Shown here: positions 1 to 9,336 of the stretch, in pieces
How positions within the stretch are numbered: the first letter of the stretch is position 1
Layout of the letters: the number at the start of each line of letters is the position of its first letter
Source of the DNA: Gammaproteobacteria bacterium
Lineage (GTDB): Bacteria > Pseudomonadota > Gammaproteobacteria > Arenicellales > UBA868
Assembly (NCBI GenBank): GCA_014239575.1
Contig: JAAZYQ010000001.1
Location: 7,322 to 71,321 of the forward strand
Length of the DNA: 64,000 bases
Direction: 5' to 3'
The notes under the pieces: model-generated
What the model was told of the DNA's origin: nothing
The model's input: only the letters and a program-made list of their open reading frames with translations
Database searches by the model: none
Translations under genes and position numbers: made by a program

Positions 1-1440
1 CACAGCCAGCGGCTGCAGTTGACCCCCCAACTACAGCAATCGATCCGCCTTCTGCAGATGTCGTATGCCGACCTGACTCAGGAAATCAGCATTGCCATGG
101 AGTCAAATCCATTTCTCGAGGAAGCTGAATCCGCCGGCCCGGATACCCCACTCCCAGATCTACCCATCGTCGAACCCGATGAAGAATTGGCACTAGAAGA
201 TGGGATTCATGCAGACTGGAATGACCCCAACGAACACTATTGGGACAGTACGGCAACTTCAGGTCGCCGCTGGGAAGAGTCTTCGCAGGCCTCGTCCAGT
301 CTCGACCCGTCTTCGGGTGTTTCTGTCAGTGCTGAGTCACAATGGCAAAACCCGCCTGACGGCATGACACAGGTCCTGCTGGGCGAACTGGCATTGCACC
401 GCCTGAGCGAATCTGACCAGTGGATTGCCCGCGCCCTGATCGGCTGCCTTGATCCGCAAGGTTACCTGGCGGTGAACTACGATGAATTACGTCAGATTCT
501 GGCACCGCAAGCGGTGCCGGAAGATTCCGAGATTAATTCAGTACTACACCTGTTACAGCAGTTATCCTGGCCTGGGATCGGTGCACGCGACCTGCGCGAA
601 TGCCTGACGCTGCAATTGTCGGCACTAGATCCCGACACTCCTGAACTCAACACGGCCCAGCGATTGGTCGAGACACACTTGGCGCTGTTATCAGCTCACC
701 GCTACGATGAGTTGCTGCGGCTATTGGATATAGACCGCCCGACACTCGCCCGGGCACTGGCTTTGATCCACTCGTTGGACCCCAAGCCCGGCGAGCGCCT
801 CGTGGAGCCAGTGGCTGCCAGTATCATCCCCGATGCGATGGTGCATCGTCAGGGCAATCGTTGGACCACCTCTTTAACCCAGGAAAACGCTCGGCGAGTT
901 CAGCTTAACGACCATTATCGCCAGTATCTCAAAGGCCAGGACCCACCAACGCAGAAATACCTGCAGCAGAACCTGCACAATGCCCAGTGGTTCATCCGTA
1001 GCCTCGAACAGCGGGACAGTACGATTCTGCGGGTCGCACGCGAGATCGTTGATGTCCAGCAAGGCTTTATGGACAACGGCGATTCGTCACTCGTCCCCCT
1101 GACTATGCGCGTTGTTGCACAGCAACTCGAGTTACATGAGTCGACTATCTCTCGCGCCGTCGACCAAAAGCATCTGCTCACGCCCCATGGGGTTTATCCG
1201 CTTAAATATTTTTTTTCAGGGGGAGTGGGGGAATCGTCCGGGCAGGCAACCGCGGCCCGTGCGGTACAAGCTCGGATCCGCAAAGTGATAGAATCCGAAG
1301 CCCCATTAAAGCCGGTGAGCGATAGTCAACTGGTGGCGATACTCGACGATGAGGGCATCCAGATCGCCAGGCGTACGGTGGCAAAATACCGCGAGCAGAT
1401 GAATATTCCGCCCGCAACTCAGCGGCGTAGTGTCCTGTAG
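1..1440 (+). CDS. rpoN: RNA polymerase sigma-54 factor (5' end lies before the window)
   Basis: Frame open from base 1; region I LTPQLQQSIRLLQ, HESTISR HTH and RpoN box ARRTVAKYRE. Confidence 0.97.
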   Translation, partial: HSQRLQLTPQLQQSIRLLQMSYADLTQEISIAMESNPFLEEAESAGPDTPLPDLPIVEPDEELALEDGIHADWNDPNEHYWDSTATSGRRWEESSQASSSLDPSSGVSVSAESQWQNPPDGMTQVLLGELALHRLSESDQWIARALIGCLDPQGYLAVNYDELRQILAPQAVPEDSEINSVLHLLQQLSWPGIGARDLRECLTLQLSALDPDTPELNTAQRLVETHLALLSAHRYDELLRLLDIDRPTLARALALIHSLDPKPGERLVEPVAASIIPDAMVHRQGNRWTTSLTQENARRVQLNDHYRQYLKGQDPPTQKYLQQNLHNAQWFIRSLEQRDSTILRVAREIVDVQQGFMDNGDSSLVPLTMRVVAQQLELHESTISRAVDQKHLLTPHGVYPLKYFFSGGVGESSGQATAARAVQARIRKVIESEAPLKPVSDSQLVAILDDEGIQIARRTVAKYREQMNIPPATQRRSVL

Positions 1441-1464
1441 CCTAATTTTCAACAGAGATTTTTC

Positions 1465-1794
1465 ATGCAATTCAGCACGACCGGCCAGCACCTGGAAGTC
1501 ACCGAACCGCTGCGTGATTATGTCGGTGACAAAAGGAGCCGTCTCGTTCATCATTTTGACGAGTTCAATACTGTCCATGTAGCCCTGCATGTGGAAAAAG
1601 CGCGCCACCTTGCCGAGGCGGCCGTTAACGCCCGCGGCATTCAATTACATGCGCACGGCGATGCTACCGATATGTACGGCGCGATCAACACCATGATGGA
1701 TAAACTGGATCGTCAGCTCATGTGGCACAAGGAAAAAATGACCGATCATCATCAGATAGAGGGTGACATCAAGACGATGTCAGAAAAACCATGA
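1465..1794 (+). CDS. hpf: Ribosome hibernation promoting factor
   Basis: TGQHLEVTEPLRDYV...DMYGAI...KLDRQL motifs; directly follows rpoN. Confidence 0.93.
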   Translation: MQFSTTGQHLEVTEPLRDYVGDKRSRLVHHFDEFNTVHVALHVEKARHLAEAAVNARGIQLHAHGDATDMYGAINTMMDKLDRQLMWHKEKMTDHHQIEGDIKTMSEKP

Positions 1795-2273
1795 GCCAGA
1801 CCGTGGGTAGCGCCGCAACCACCAGCACGGGTCCGTTGCATGCCCTGTTGACCCGTGACCAGGTCGCTGTAGCGATCAAGGTATCAAGCAAGAAACGCAT
1901 GTTGGAAGAGTTAGCGGAACTGCTCTCTCGCCAACTGCCGGACATGGATCAGCATACTGTGTTCGCCGTGCTCAACGAGCGCGAACGCCTTGGCAGCACG
2001 GGTATTGGCCACGGGATTGCCCTGCCCCATGGTCGCCTGAACGGGATCAGCAAGCCGATCGCTGCTGCCGTGCGCTTACACCAACCATTGGATTTTGATG
2101 CTATTGACGATAAGCCTATTACCCTCGTGATTGGCCTGTTGGTTCCGGCTGAGGCCACTGACCAGCACCTCAGAATACTGAGTCAACTCGCTGGTGCATT
2201 TTCTGATTCGTCGCTCCGGCGAGAAATCTTCGAGGCGGCTGATGCCGATACCCTGTACCGCCTGCTGACTTGA
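1791..2273 (+). CDS. ptsN: PTS IIA-like nitrogen regulatory protein
   Basis: RERLGSTGIGHGIALPHGR phospho-His motif; rpoN operon context. Confidence 0.93.
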   Translation: MSQTVGSAATTSTGPLHALLTRDQVAVAIKVSSKKRMLEELAELLSRQLPDMDQHTVFAVLNERERLGSTGIGHGIALPHGRLNGISKPIAAAVRLHQPLDFDAIDDKPITLVIGLLVPAEATDQHLRILSQLAGAFSDSSLRREIFEAADADTLYRLLT

Positions 2274-2372
2274 GTTTCACGCTGTGGGCACGCCTGAGTA
2301 ACCCAGGCGCCCAGTCACTCACAGCATCGGCGAGGCCCGCTTAGCCATGAGACAAACACAGCGAATGCCCCC

Positions 2373-3251
2373 ATGGATCTGATCATAGTCAGCGGACTGT
2401 CCGGATCTGGCAAAAGTATCGCCCTCCACGCACTAGAAGACCTGGGCTACTTTTGTATCGATAACCTGCCGGCTGTCATGCTGGTTCAGTTGGCGCAGGA
2501 ACTGCAACGCACTTCATCCGGGTCTGAGGGTAACGCTGCGGTCAGCATCGACTCGCGCAACCGTGAATTCCTGCAAACCCTGGATCTAGGCCTGGCCGAG
2601 CTGCGGGCAGCCGGCTTGGCGGTTCGGATCGTCTTCCTTGAAGCTGACAACAAAAGACTGTTGCAGCGCTACAGTGAAACCCGTCGACGCCACCCGCTCA
2701 CCGATAAAGACACTCCCTTGCTCGAGGGCATCCTGGAGGAGCGTCGCCTATTGACTCCACTGGCCGACACAGCTGAGCGGACCATCGATACCAGTATCAC
2801 GACCCCACATGAATTGCGCGCCATTATCCGTGAATTCGCCTTTGGCGAACGGCAGAGCGGTCCCACCCTATTGTTTCAATCTTTTGGCTTTAAACATGGT
2901 CCGCCGGTAGATGCTGACTATATCTTCGATCTGCGCTGTCTACCCAACCCTTACTGGGAAAAGGATCTGCGTGACCTCACTGGAATGGATGCACCCGTGA
3001 TCGCCTTTCTCGAACACTCTCCCCTGGCGCAGGAGATGGCCAATCAACTCACCGCATTTCTAACCCATTGGCTACCGCATTTCGCCAGCGGCGACCGTAG
3101 TTATATGACCATTGCGCTGGGCTGTACCGGTGGGCAGCATCGTTCCGTGTACATGGTCCAGCGCCTGGCAAAAGCGTTGCGCAGCGCTGACCGTCCGGTA
3201 CAAATCCGCCATCGCGACCTGCACCCCATAGCCCAGGCCGATACGGTATGA
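2373..3251 (+). CDS. rapZ: RNase adapter RapZ (P-loop ATPase)
   Basis: GLSGSGKS Walker A, CIDNLP, SFGFKHG, GCTGGQHRS. Confidence 0.95.
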   Translation: MDLIIVSGLSGSGKSIALHALEDLGYFCIDNLPAVMLVQLAQELQRTSSGSEGNAAVSIDSRNREFLQTLDLGLAELRAAGLAVRIVFLEADNKRLLQRYSETRRRHPLTDKDTPLLEGILEERRLLTPLADTAERTIDTSITTPHELRAIIREFAFGERQSGPTLLFQSFGFKHGPPVDADYIFDLRCLPNPYWEKDLRDLTGMDAPVIAFLEHSPLAQEMANQLTAFLTHWLPHFASGDRSYMTIALGCTGGQHRSVYMVQRLAKALRSADRPVQIRHRDLHPIAQADTV

Positions 3252-3520
3252 AACTGCAACGCGAGCTACAGATCGTCAACCGACTGGGCCTGCACGCGCG
3301 AGCCTGCGCCAAGCTGGTTAAAACAGCAAACCAATTCGAGAGCGATATTGTCTTGCACCAGGACGAACGCCGGGCTGATGCCAAAAGCATCATGGGGCTA
3401 ATGATGCTGGCAGCCACCCAGGGAACCAAACTCACGGTGACCACCTGCGGCGCTGATGCTGAAGATGCCATGGCCCAGGTGCAGCACTTAATCAACAACC
3501 GTTTCGAGGAAGATGAGTAA
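3248..3520 (+). CDS. ptsH: HPr/NPr phosphocarrier protein
   Basis: GLHAR (His15) and AKSIMG (Ser46) motifs. Confidence 0.92.
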   Translation: MKLQRELQIVNRLGLHARACAKLVKTANQFESDIVLHQDERRADAKSIMGLMMLAATQGTKLTVTTCGADAEDAMAQVQHLINNRFEEDE

Positions 3521-5271
3521 TGTTGTCCCTTAGCGGCACCGGTATCGGCCGGGGAATCGCGATCGGTCGCGCCATTGTCCTCGATCCGGGGCATAACGAT
3601 ATTCCCTGTTACCAAATCAGCGCCGCCGAGCTGTCTGGCGAAATCGAACGCTTCAATCAGGCGGTGGACGCCGTGCGCGCCGACCTCAAACGTGTCCAGC
3701 GTAATCTACCGACCGATGCACCACCGGAAACGAGTGCATTTATCGACGTACACCTTCTCATGCTGGACGACCCGGTAATTTCCCAGCAACCGGTACAGAC
3801 GATACAGGAACAACAGCAAAATGCCGAATGGGCATTGAAAAGTCACGCCGATACGCTGATCGATTTTTTCGAGGATATTGCTGACCCTTATCTGCGCAGC
3901 AAGAAAAATGATGTTGCCCAGGTCGTGGGGCGAATCATGGGCGAGTTGGCCCACAGCCAGGGCGGACAACCGTCTGACCTCGCAACACTGGGTGGCAGTT
4001 TGTCGAAGCGGATCATTGTGACCCGTGACCTGACCCCTGCCGACACGATCACGCTGCGCGGCCGGAATATGGCGGCTTTTGTGACAAGCCTGGGTGGACC
4101 CATATCCCACACAGCGATCCTTGCCCGTAGCCTGGGCCTGCCGGCCATTGTTGGACTGCATGACGTTATCGATACTATTCACAATAACGATCTGCTGATA
4201 GTAGATGCCGCTACCGGCACGGTACTGGTCGCACCCGACGAACCGCTACTGATGCAGTTTCGCGAGTTGCAGCAACAGCATCTTCGGCACCAGCAACGCC
4301 TAACACTGCTCAAGAACGAGAAAGCCGTAACCCAAGACGGCGAGGCGATCACCCTGCTGGCCAACATCGAACTTCCTGAAGATATCGACGGTCTGCGCTC
4401 AGCCGGCGCGGCTGGCGTCGGACTGTATCGCACCGAATTCCTGTTTATGAATCGTCCAACGCCTCCCAGCGAAGACGAACAGTACGAAGTATACTGTCAC
4501 GTACTGCGCAGGGTCGAAGGTCCGGTTACGATCCGTACACTGGATCTGGGTGCTGATAAGCAGGTCGATGGCGGTCGGCCTGATAGCGAGACGACAGCAA
4601 CCTCGGCGCTGGGACTGCGTGCCATTCGCCTTTGCTTGAGTGAGCCATCCCTGTTCAAACCACAGTTGCGCGCCATTTTGCGCGCAGCGGTTCATGGCGA
4701 TGCGCAGATAATGATCCCGATGCTTTCCAGTTTGCACGAACTCGAACAATGCCTGGCATTGGTTGGCGAAGTCTGCGCCGAGTTGGAGCGCGAAGCTGTG
4801 GTATTCAATCCAAAGGTCCCGCTCGGTGGCATGATCGAAGTACCCGCAGCGGCAGTTTCAGCGGACCTGTTTGCGCGCAAACTCGATTTTTTGTCTATCG
4901 GCACTAACGATCTGATCCAGTACACGCTGGCCATCGATCGTGTCGACGATAGCGTCAATTACCTTTACGATCCGCTGCACCCTTCGGTATTGCGGTTGAT
5001 CCGGACCGTGATACGAGCCGGACACGAAGCTGACATCCCGGTTTCGATGTGCGGCGAGATGGCCGGTGACCCCGCTTTCACCCGACTATTGCTTGGGCTG
5101 GGCCTGCGTCATTTCAGTATGGAGCCGACGCAACTACTGGAAATCCGACAGCAGGTGCGCCAAAGCACGTTGGCCGGACTGCCAAGACAGGTTACGGATA
5201 TCCTCAACTGCGTGGAAACCGGATCTCTGTACGACCTGGTCGACCAACTTAACCAAACCAACCCCGACTGA
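3520..5271 (+). CDS. ptsI: PEP-protein phosphotransferase, enzyme I (no GAF domain)
   Basis: SHTAILARS phospho-His, GLYRTEFLF, SIGTNDLIQY, CGEMAGD. Confidence 0.95.
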   Translation: MLSLSGTGIGRGIAIGRAIVLDPGHNDIPCYQISAAELSGEIERFNQAVDAVRADLKRVQRNLPTDAPPETSAFIDVHLLMLDDPVISQQPVQTIQEQQQNAEWALKSHADTLIDFFEDIADPYLRSKKNDVAQVVGRIMGELAHSQGGQPSDLATLGGSLSKRIIVTRDLTPADTITLRGRNMAAFVTSLGGPISHTAILARSLGLPAIVGLHDVIDTIHNNDLLIVDAATGTVLVAPDEPLLMQFRELQQQHLRHQQRLTLLKNEKAVTQDGEAITLLANIELPEDIDGLRSAGAAGVGLYRTEFLFMNRPTPPSEDEQYEVYCHVLRRVEGPVTIRTLDLGADKQVDGGRPDSETTATSALGLRAIRLCLSEPSLFKPQLRAILRAAVHGDAQIMIPMLSSLHELEQCLALVGEVCAELEREAVVFNPKVPLGGMIEVPAAAVSADLFARKLDFLSIGTNDLIQYTLAIDRVDDSVNYLYDPLHPSVLRLIRTVIRAGHEADIPVSMCGEMAGDPAFTRLLLGLGLRHFSMEPTQLLEIRQQVRQSTLAGLPRQVTDILNCVETGSLYDLVDQLNQTNPD

Positions 5272-5272
5272 T

Positions 5273-5581
5273 ATGAGCAGTTGCGCCTCTAACGAGCCCT
5301 TTGCGCTCCAGGTCTTGGGGGACAGTATGGCGCCCGAATTTAAAGATGGCTGCGTGGTCATCGTGGAGCCAGGCGGGTCAGTGTGTGACGGCGCCTTCGT
5401 CGTTGCCGACCATGGCAACGGGGTGATCCTGCGCCAACTGGTGATAGAGACAGAACACTGGTCACTGCAGGCGCTGGCGCAAGGCTACCCGCGAATCCGA
5501 ATTGATGGCCCGGGGGTCATTCGCGGTGTGGTAACGCAGCGTGCCGGGCGACGGCGTAGCGAACGGAAATCCTATCTCTAA
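5273..5581 (+). CDS. Stand-alone S24/LexA-peptidase-like domain protein (102 aa)
   Basis: FALQVLGDSMAPEFKDGCVVIVEP S24 signature; ATG at 5273 right after ptsI stop; no HTH. Confidence 0.75.
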   Translation: MSSCASNEPFALQVLGDSMAPEFKDGCVVIVEPGGSVCDGAFVVADHGNGVILRQLVIETEHWSLQALAQGYPRIRIDGPGVIRGVVTQRAGRRRSERKSYL

Positions 5582-5591
5582 GTCGCGCCCC

Positions 5592-6251
5592 TTAGTCACG
5601 CTTGTGGCGTGAGCAAACGCCTTTTTCGACCGCCATGACTGCCGCCTCGACACGGGAATGCACGCCCAGTTTACGTAAAATGGCTTTGACATGCAGTTTT
5701 ACAGTTCCGTCCGAGATATCCAGGTGACGGGCGATAACCTTATTACTTTGCCCCTCAGACAGATGACAGAGAATCTCGTGCTCGCGCGGGGTGAGGCTGC
5801 TGAACGGGGCCATTTCGTCCTTACGTTCGCGTCGATCACCATGGCGCACGAGATCTGCCAGTACGCCAGTCAGGCCTGGTGCGACCACAATCTTGCCGGC
5901 GACGATATCCTGCAACGCGACAATCAACTCATCGGGCTCCATATCCTTCAGTAGATAACCGCGCGCGCCATTGCGCAGTGATTCAGAAAGGTCGGTCTCA
6001 TCAGCGCTGGTTGTCAGCATCACGACCGGAACATCCAAACCCTGATCGGCTAAACGGCGTAGCACTGACAATCCGCCGAGTTCCGGCATTCGCAGATCTA
6101 GTAACACCACATCGGGGTGTAGTTCCTGTACCAGGCGAATGCCCTCCTCGCCGTCTGCCGCGGTGCCTATGATCTCGATACCACGCCGCTCCAGCAATCC
6201 CTGCAGCCCAACCCGAAACAGGGCATGGTCATCCACTATCAGTACATTCAT
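5592..6251 (-). CDS. NarL/LuxR-family response regulator
   Basis: IVDDH, LLDLRMP receiver; LTPREHEIL...SNKVIARHLDISDGTVKLHV LuxR HTH. Confidence 0.93.
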   Translation of the reverse strand: MNVLIVDDHALFRVGLQGLLERRGIEIIGTAADGEEGIRLVQELHPDVVLLDLRMPELGGLSVLRRLADQGLDVPVVMLTTSADETDLSESLRNGARGYLLKDMEPDELIVALQDIVAGKIVVAPGLTGVLADLVRHGDRRERKDEMAPFSSLTPREHEILCHLSEGQSNKVIARHLDISDGTVKLHVKAILRKLGVHSRVEAAVMAVEKGVCSRHKRD

Positions 6252-7375
6252 AAGGTCCCCGCTTTCACCTTAAGCTCATCGGCAACAGTATCCTTAAGGG
6301 CCAGTTCCACGATCACGCGGGTACCCTCTCCAGGTTCACTCTCGACACCAAGAGTGGCCCCCACGGCCTCTGCACGTTCGTGCATGATGGCCAGTCCGAA
6401 ATGGTGATCTGTGTCTCGATCCTCGGCCCCTGGTGTAAACCCGGTGCCATCATCTTCGATTATCACCCGAAAACGACCCGCATTGTCCTGGCTCAGCAAC
6501 ACCCGAACCATGTTGGCCTGGCTGTGCTTGCGGGCATTGGTCAAAGCCTCCTGGACGATACGCAACACCTGGTTTTCTTCATCGGCGCCGAGCTCCACGT
6601 CATGCGCCTGATTTTGCAAAACGGCCTCGGTCCCGGTTTCCTTGCGAAAACGTGACAACAACTTACGGATACCGGGCATCAGCCCATGTTGGGAGACGGG
6701 TGCTCGAAAATGTGCAATCAGTTCACGCAACTCGACGTTGGCCTCGTCCAGGCTGCCCTGGATGCGTTCCATTTCCTGCCATACTGCCAATTCGTTGTCC
6801 TGGCGCAAAGTATCGTCAAGCACACGAACCTGGAATCTTAGACTAGCCAATGTCTGGGCTAGCGAATCATGTAACTCATTGGCAAGTTGTGCGCGCTCCT
6901 CCAGTCGATCCCGTTGCGCCTGCAACTCATGCTCGCGCTCATGCGCCAGAGATTCCAGCCACTCGGCGAGTCGGTTGATATCCTCACCCAGGCCGCTCAT
7001 GGCTTCGGCGTCGGATAACTGCAGCCGTGACGAAAAATTGCCCTGGCGAATCTCAGATGCCCAAAGCCGTACCCGTAGCAACGGCCATAGCAGCCACTGA
7101 CGTATCCGAGCCAGCAAAACGCCAAGACTCACCAGCAGAACCACGGACGTCGCCACAAGCCAGGCACTCAACTGACCGGGCACGGCCGGGCGAAGACTGA
7201 GCATCAATGCAAGCGCAGCGGCTGTCAGGGCGAGAAACAGGATTAAGGCAGCCAACCATTGAAAGCGCTGTTGCAAAGCTCGTCCTGTGGGCGGCAAAGA
7301 ACTGACAGCTGGAGTGAGTCCTAAAGGCGCCCCAGGATCGACGCGTGGATCGTTCGATGGGCCGGTTATATCCAC
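6248..7375 (-). CDS. NarX/LiaS-like sensor histidine kinase (2 TM, HAMP, HisKA_3, HATPase)
   Basis: ANELHDSLAQ H-box, QEALTNARKH N-box, DDGTGF, FGLAIMHERA; stop overlaps regulator start. Confidence 0.9.
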   Translation of the reverse strand: MDITGPSNDPRVDPGAPLGLTPAVSSLPPTGRALQQRFQWLAALILFLALTAAALALMLSLRPAVPGQLSAWLVATSVVLLVSLGVLLARIRQWLLWPLLRVRLWASEIRQGNFSSRLQLSDAEAMSGLGEDINRLAEWLESLAHEREHELQAQRDRLEERAQLANELHDSLAQTLASLRFQVRVLDDTLRQDNELAVWQEMERIQGSLDEANVELRELIAHFRAPVSQHGLMPGIRKLLSRFRKETGTEAVLQNQAHDVELGADEENQVLRIVQEALTNARKHSQANMVRVLLSQDNAGRFRVIIEDDGTGFTPGAEDRDTDHHFGLAIMHERAEAVGATLGVESEPGEGTRVIVELALKDTVADELKVKAGTL

Positions 7376-7520
7376 GACACCATTTCACTACAAGGCCGCC
7401 GCTTGGCGCAGCTAGCTCCTGTGCCTCCATCGCCGGGCTTGCAAATTAAGGACAGAAATATGTACACGGCACACAAGTATAGGAGCAGCTACGACCCGCC
7501 ACAATGTCATCGACCACTTT

Positions 7521-7841
7521 CTAGTCTGGCTCAGGGGGCTCAAACAGCGGGTCATTCGGGTTGAGGAAGATAAACTGCGGATCAGTCTCATTTTCCGGCG
7601 TGTCAAAATCAAGCACAGCGCCGCTAAGCAGTTCCGTGCTGGTCGGTGCAATCAGAATATCGACCTCGTGCTGAGCGAAGCGGGTGTCATTTTCCGCCGG
7701 CTCATCAAAACCCATCGCATACTCGATCGACCCATCGGCCACACGCAAGCCAGCGATACGCAGTGACAGGTTCTGCATACCACTGCTGTTTGCTGAAACA
7801 AGAATCTGTTTTGCCGCTTTTTCCGTTATACGCAATAACAT
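7521..7841 (-). CDS. dsrR: DsrR, cysteine-less IscA-like protein
   Basis: IscA/HesB-like fold, GSIEYAMGFDE and FIFLNPNDP, no Cys; follows dsrN. Confidence 0.85.
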   Translation of the reverse strand: MLLRITEKAAKQILVSANSSGMQNLSLRIAGLRVADGSIEYAMGFDEPAENDTRFAQHEVDILIAPTSTELLSGAVLDFDTPENETDPQFIFLNPNDPLFEPPEPD

Positions 7842-7896
7842 ATTTGTCCGATGTCTCCAGTTAATATCGTGTTAATTTTGGTGGGCTACCGGCTTT

Positions 7897-9282
7897 TCAG
7901 GTGCGCTGTGCGCGAACAAACGCCGTAAAGGCATCAACCCATGGATTGGTCTGAACGTGGCGTTGATGGACGTACGTCGCCAGCAGATTGTGAATATGGA
8001 TGCCGTCACGAGCGCCGTCGAGGCCATAGCCTCGCTCGACAGACAGTACGGTACTCGTGCTCTCAGGGAGGCCTTCCAGGTGGGAATAGTGAAACTCGTG
8101 TGCATTGTAGACTTTGTCCGGTGGGCTCGCTGCCATCAGCCAGGGATGGTCAGCTAAGACCCGAAACTGCATGTAGCCCCGACCTACTGGCTTCTGCCCC
8201 ACCTGCGTGTCTGCTGGGATCACGCCCACCATCGGTTTGCATACTCCCTGCCAACTGATGGAGCGGGTCAGATACATCAGACCTCCGCATTCGGCGTACG
8301 TTGGGCCACCCCCCTCTATAAAGGCGCGAATAGCATCGCGTAGGGCGGTGTTGGCGGACAGAGCCTCAATAAAGCACTCGGGAAACCCGCCGCCGATGAA
8401 CAGCCCGTCTACCGGTGGTAACCGGCCATCATTAAGGGTGTCAAAGGGCACCAACTCGGCGCCGGCCCGCTCAAAAGCACTAAGGTCATCCGGGTAGTAA
8501 AAACCAAATGCCCGGTCACGGGCGATGCCGATACGTACCGGGCGGCCACGACTCACGCCACTCGGTGGGAAAACCTCTGCTGGACCTGGAGATTTAGCCG
8601 AAGGCGCATCGGTCAATGTCAACAGGGCATCTAAGGCAACGTCGTTTTCAACCACGTCTGCTATCTGCTCGATACGCGATGTCGCCTCGCAATCCTCGTT
8701 CCCCGGTACCAGACCCAAGTGACGCTCATCGATCACAAACTGTGGTGTACGGCCGATGGCGCCCAATACCGGCAGATCGGTGTAGTACTCGATCGCAGCG
8801 CGCAACTTTTGTTCCTGGCGTGATCCGGCCACCCGGTTGAGGATAACCCCGCCAATCCGTACATCTGGGTCGAACTGGGTATAGCCCGTCAGCAGCGGCG
8901 CCACCCCGCGCGTGATGCCAGTGACATCCAGTATCAGTATCACCGGCAAGTCCAGCAACGTGGCCAGTGCGGCGTTACTGTCAGTGCCCTTTACATCCAG
9001 CCCATCGTGTAAGCCCTTATTGCCTTCGACCAGCACGATGTCAGCATCACGCTGATGCGTCTGGAAACACGACCGGATTTCGTTCTCACCCATGGTGAAA
9101 AAATCAAGGTTCCAACAAGGGCGTGCGCTCGCCCGAGCCAGCCACAGTGGATCAATATAGTCAGGCCCTTTCTTGAAGGTCGATACGCTCAGCCCACGAC
9201 GCCGATACGCCGCACAAAGACCAATACTTACCAGGGTTTTACCTGAGGATTTGTGAGCGGCAGAAAGAAGTAGGCGGTTCAA
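7897..9282 (-). CDS. dsrN: DsrN siroheme amidase (cobyrinate a,c-diamide synthase family)
   Basis: SSGKT, FKKGPDYIDP, VEGNKGLHDG, YAECGGLMYL, HEFHYS; in dsr operon. Confidence 0.92.
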   Translation of the reverse strand: MNRLLLSAAHKSSGKTLVSIGLCAAYRRRGLSVSTFKKGPDYIDPLWLARASARPCWNLDFFTMGENEIRSCFQTHQRDADIVLVEGNKGLHDGLDVKGTDSNAALATLLDLPVILILDVTGITRGVAPLLTGYTQFDPDVRIGGVILNRVAGSRQEQKLRAAIEYYTDLPVLGAIGRTPQFVIDERHLGLVPGNEDCEATSRIEQIADVVENDVALDALLTLTDAPSAKSPGPAEVFPPSGVSRGRPVRIGIARDRAFGFYYPDDLSAFERAGAELVPFDTLNDGRLPPVDGLFIGGGFPECFIEALSANTALRDAIRAFIEGGGPTYAECGGLMYLTRSISWQGVCKPMVGVIPADTQVGQKPVGRGYMQFRVLADHPWLMAASPPDKVYNAHEFHYSHLEGLPESTSTVLSVERGYGLDGARDGIHIHNLLATYVHQRHVQTNPWVDAFTAFVRAQRT

Positions 9283-9336
9283 GGGTCAAAGTCAGTCGAT
9301 ACCTGCCGGGCAGTGCAAAAACGGGCAGCGAGTGGG

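Noticed and set aside
2274-2372. Hairpin between ptsN and rapZ, and absence of hprK/EIIA-Man
   Set aside because: Single short stem; an hprK-less rpoN operon is a common variant
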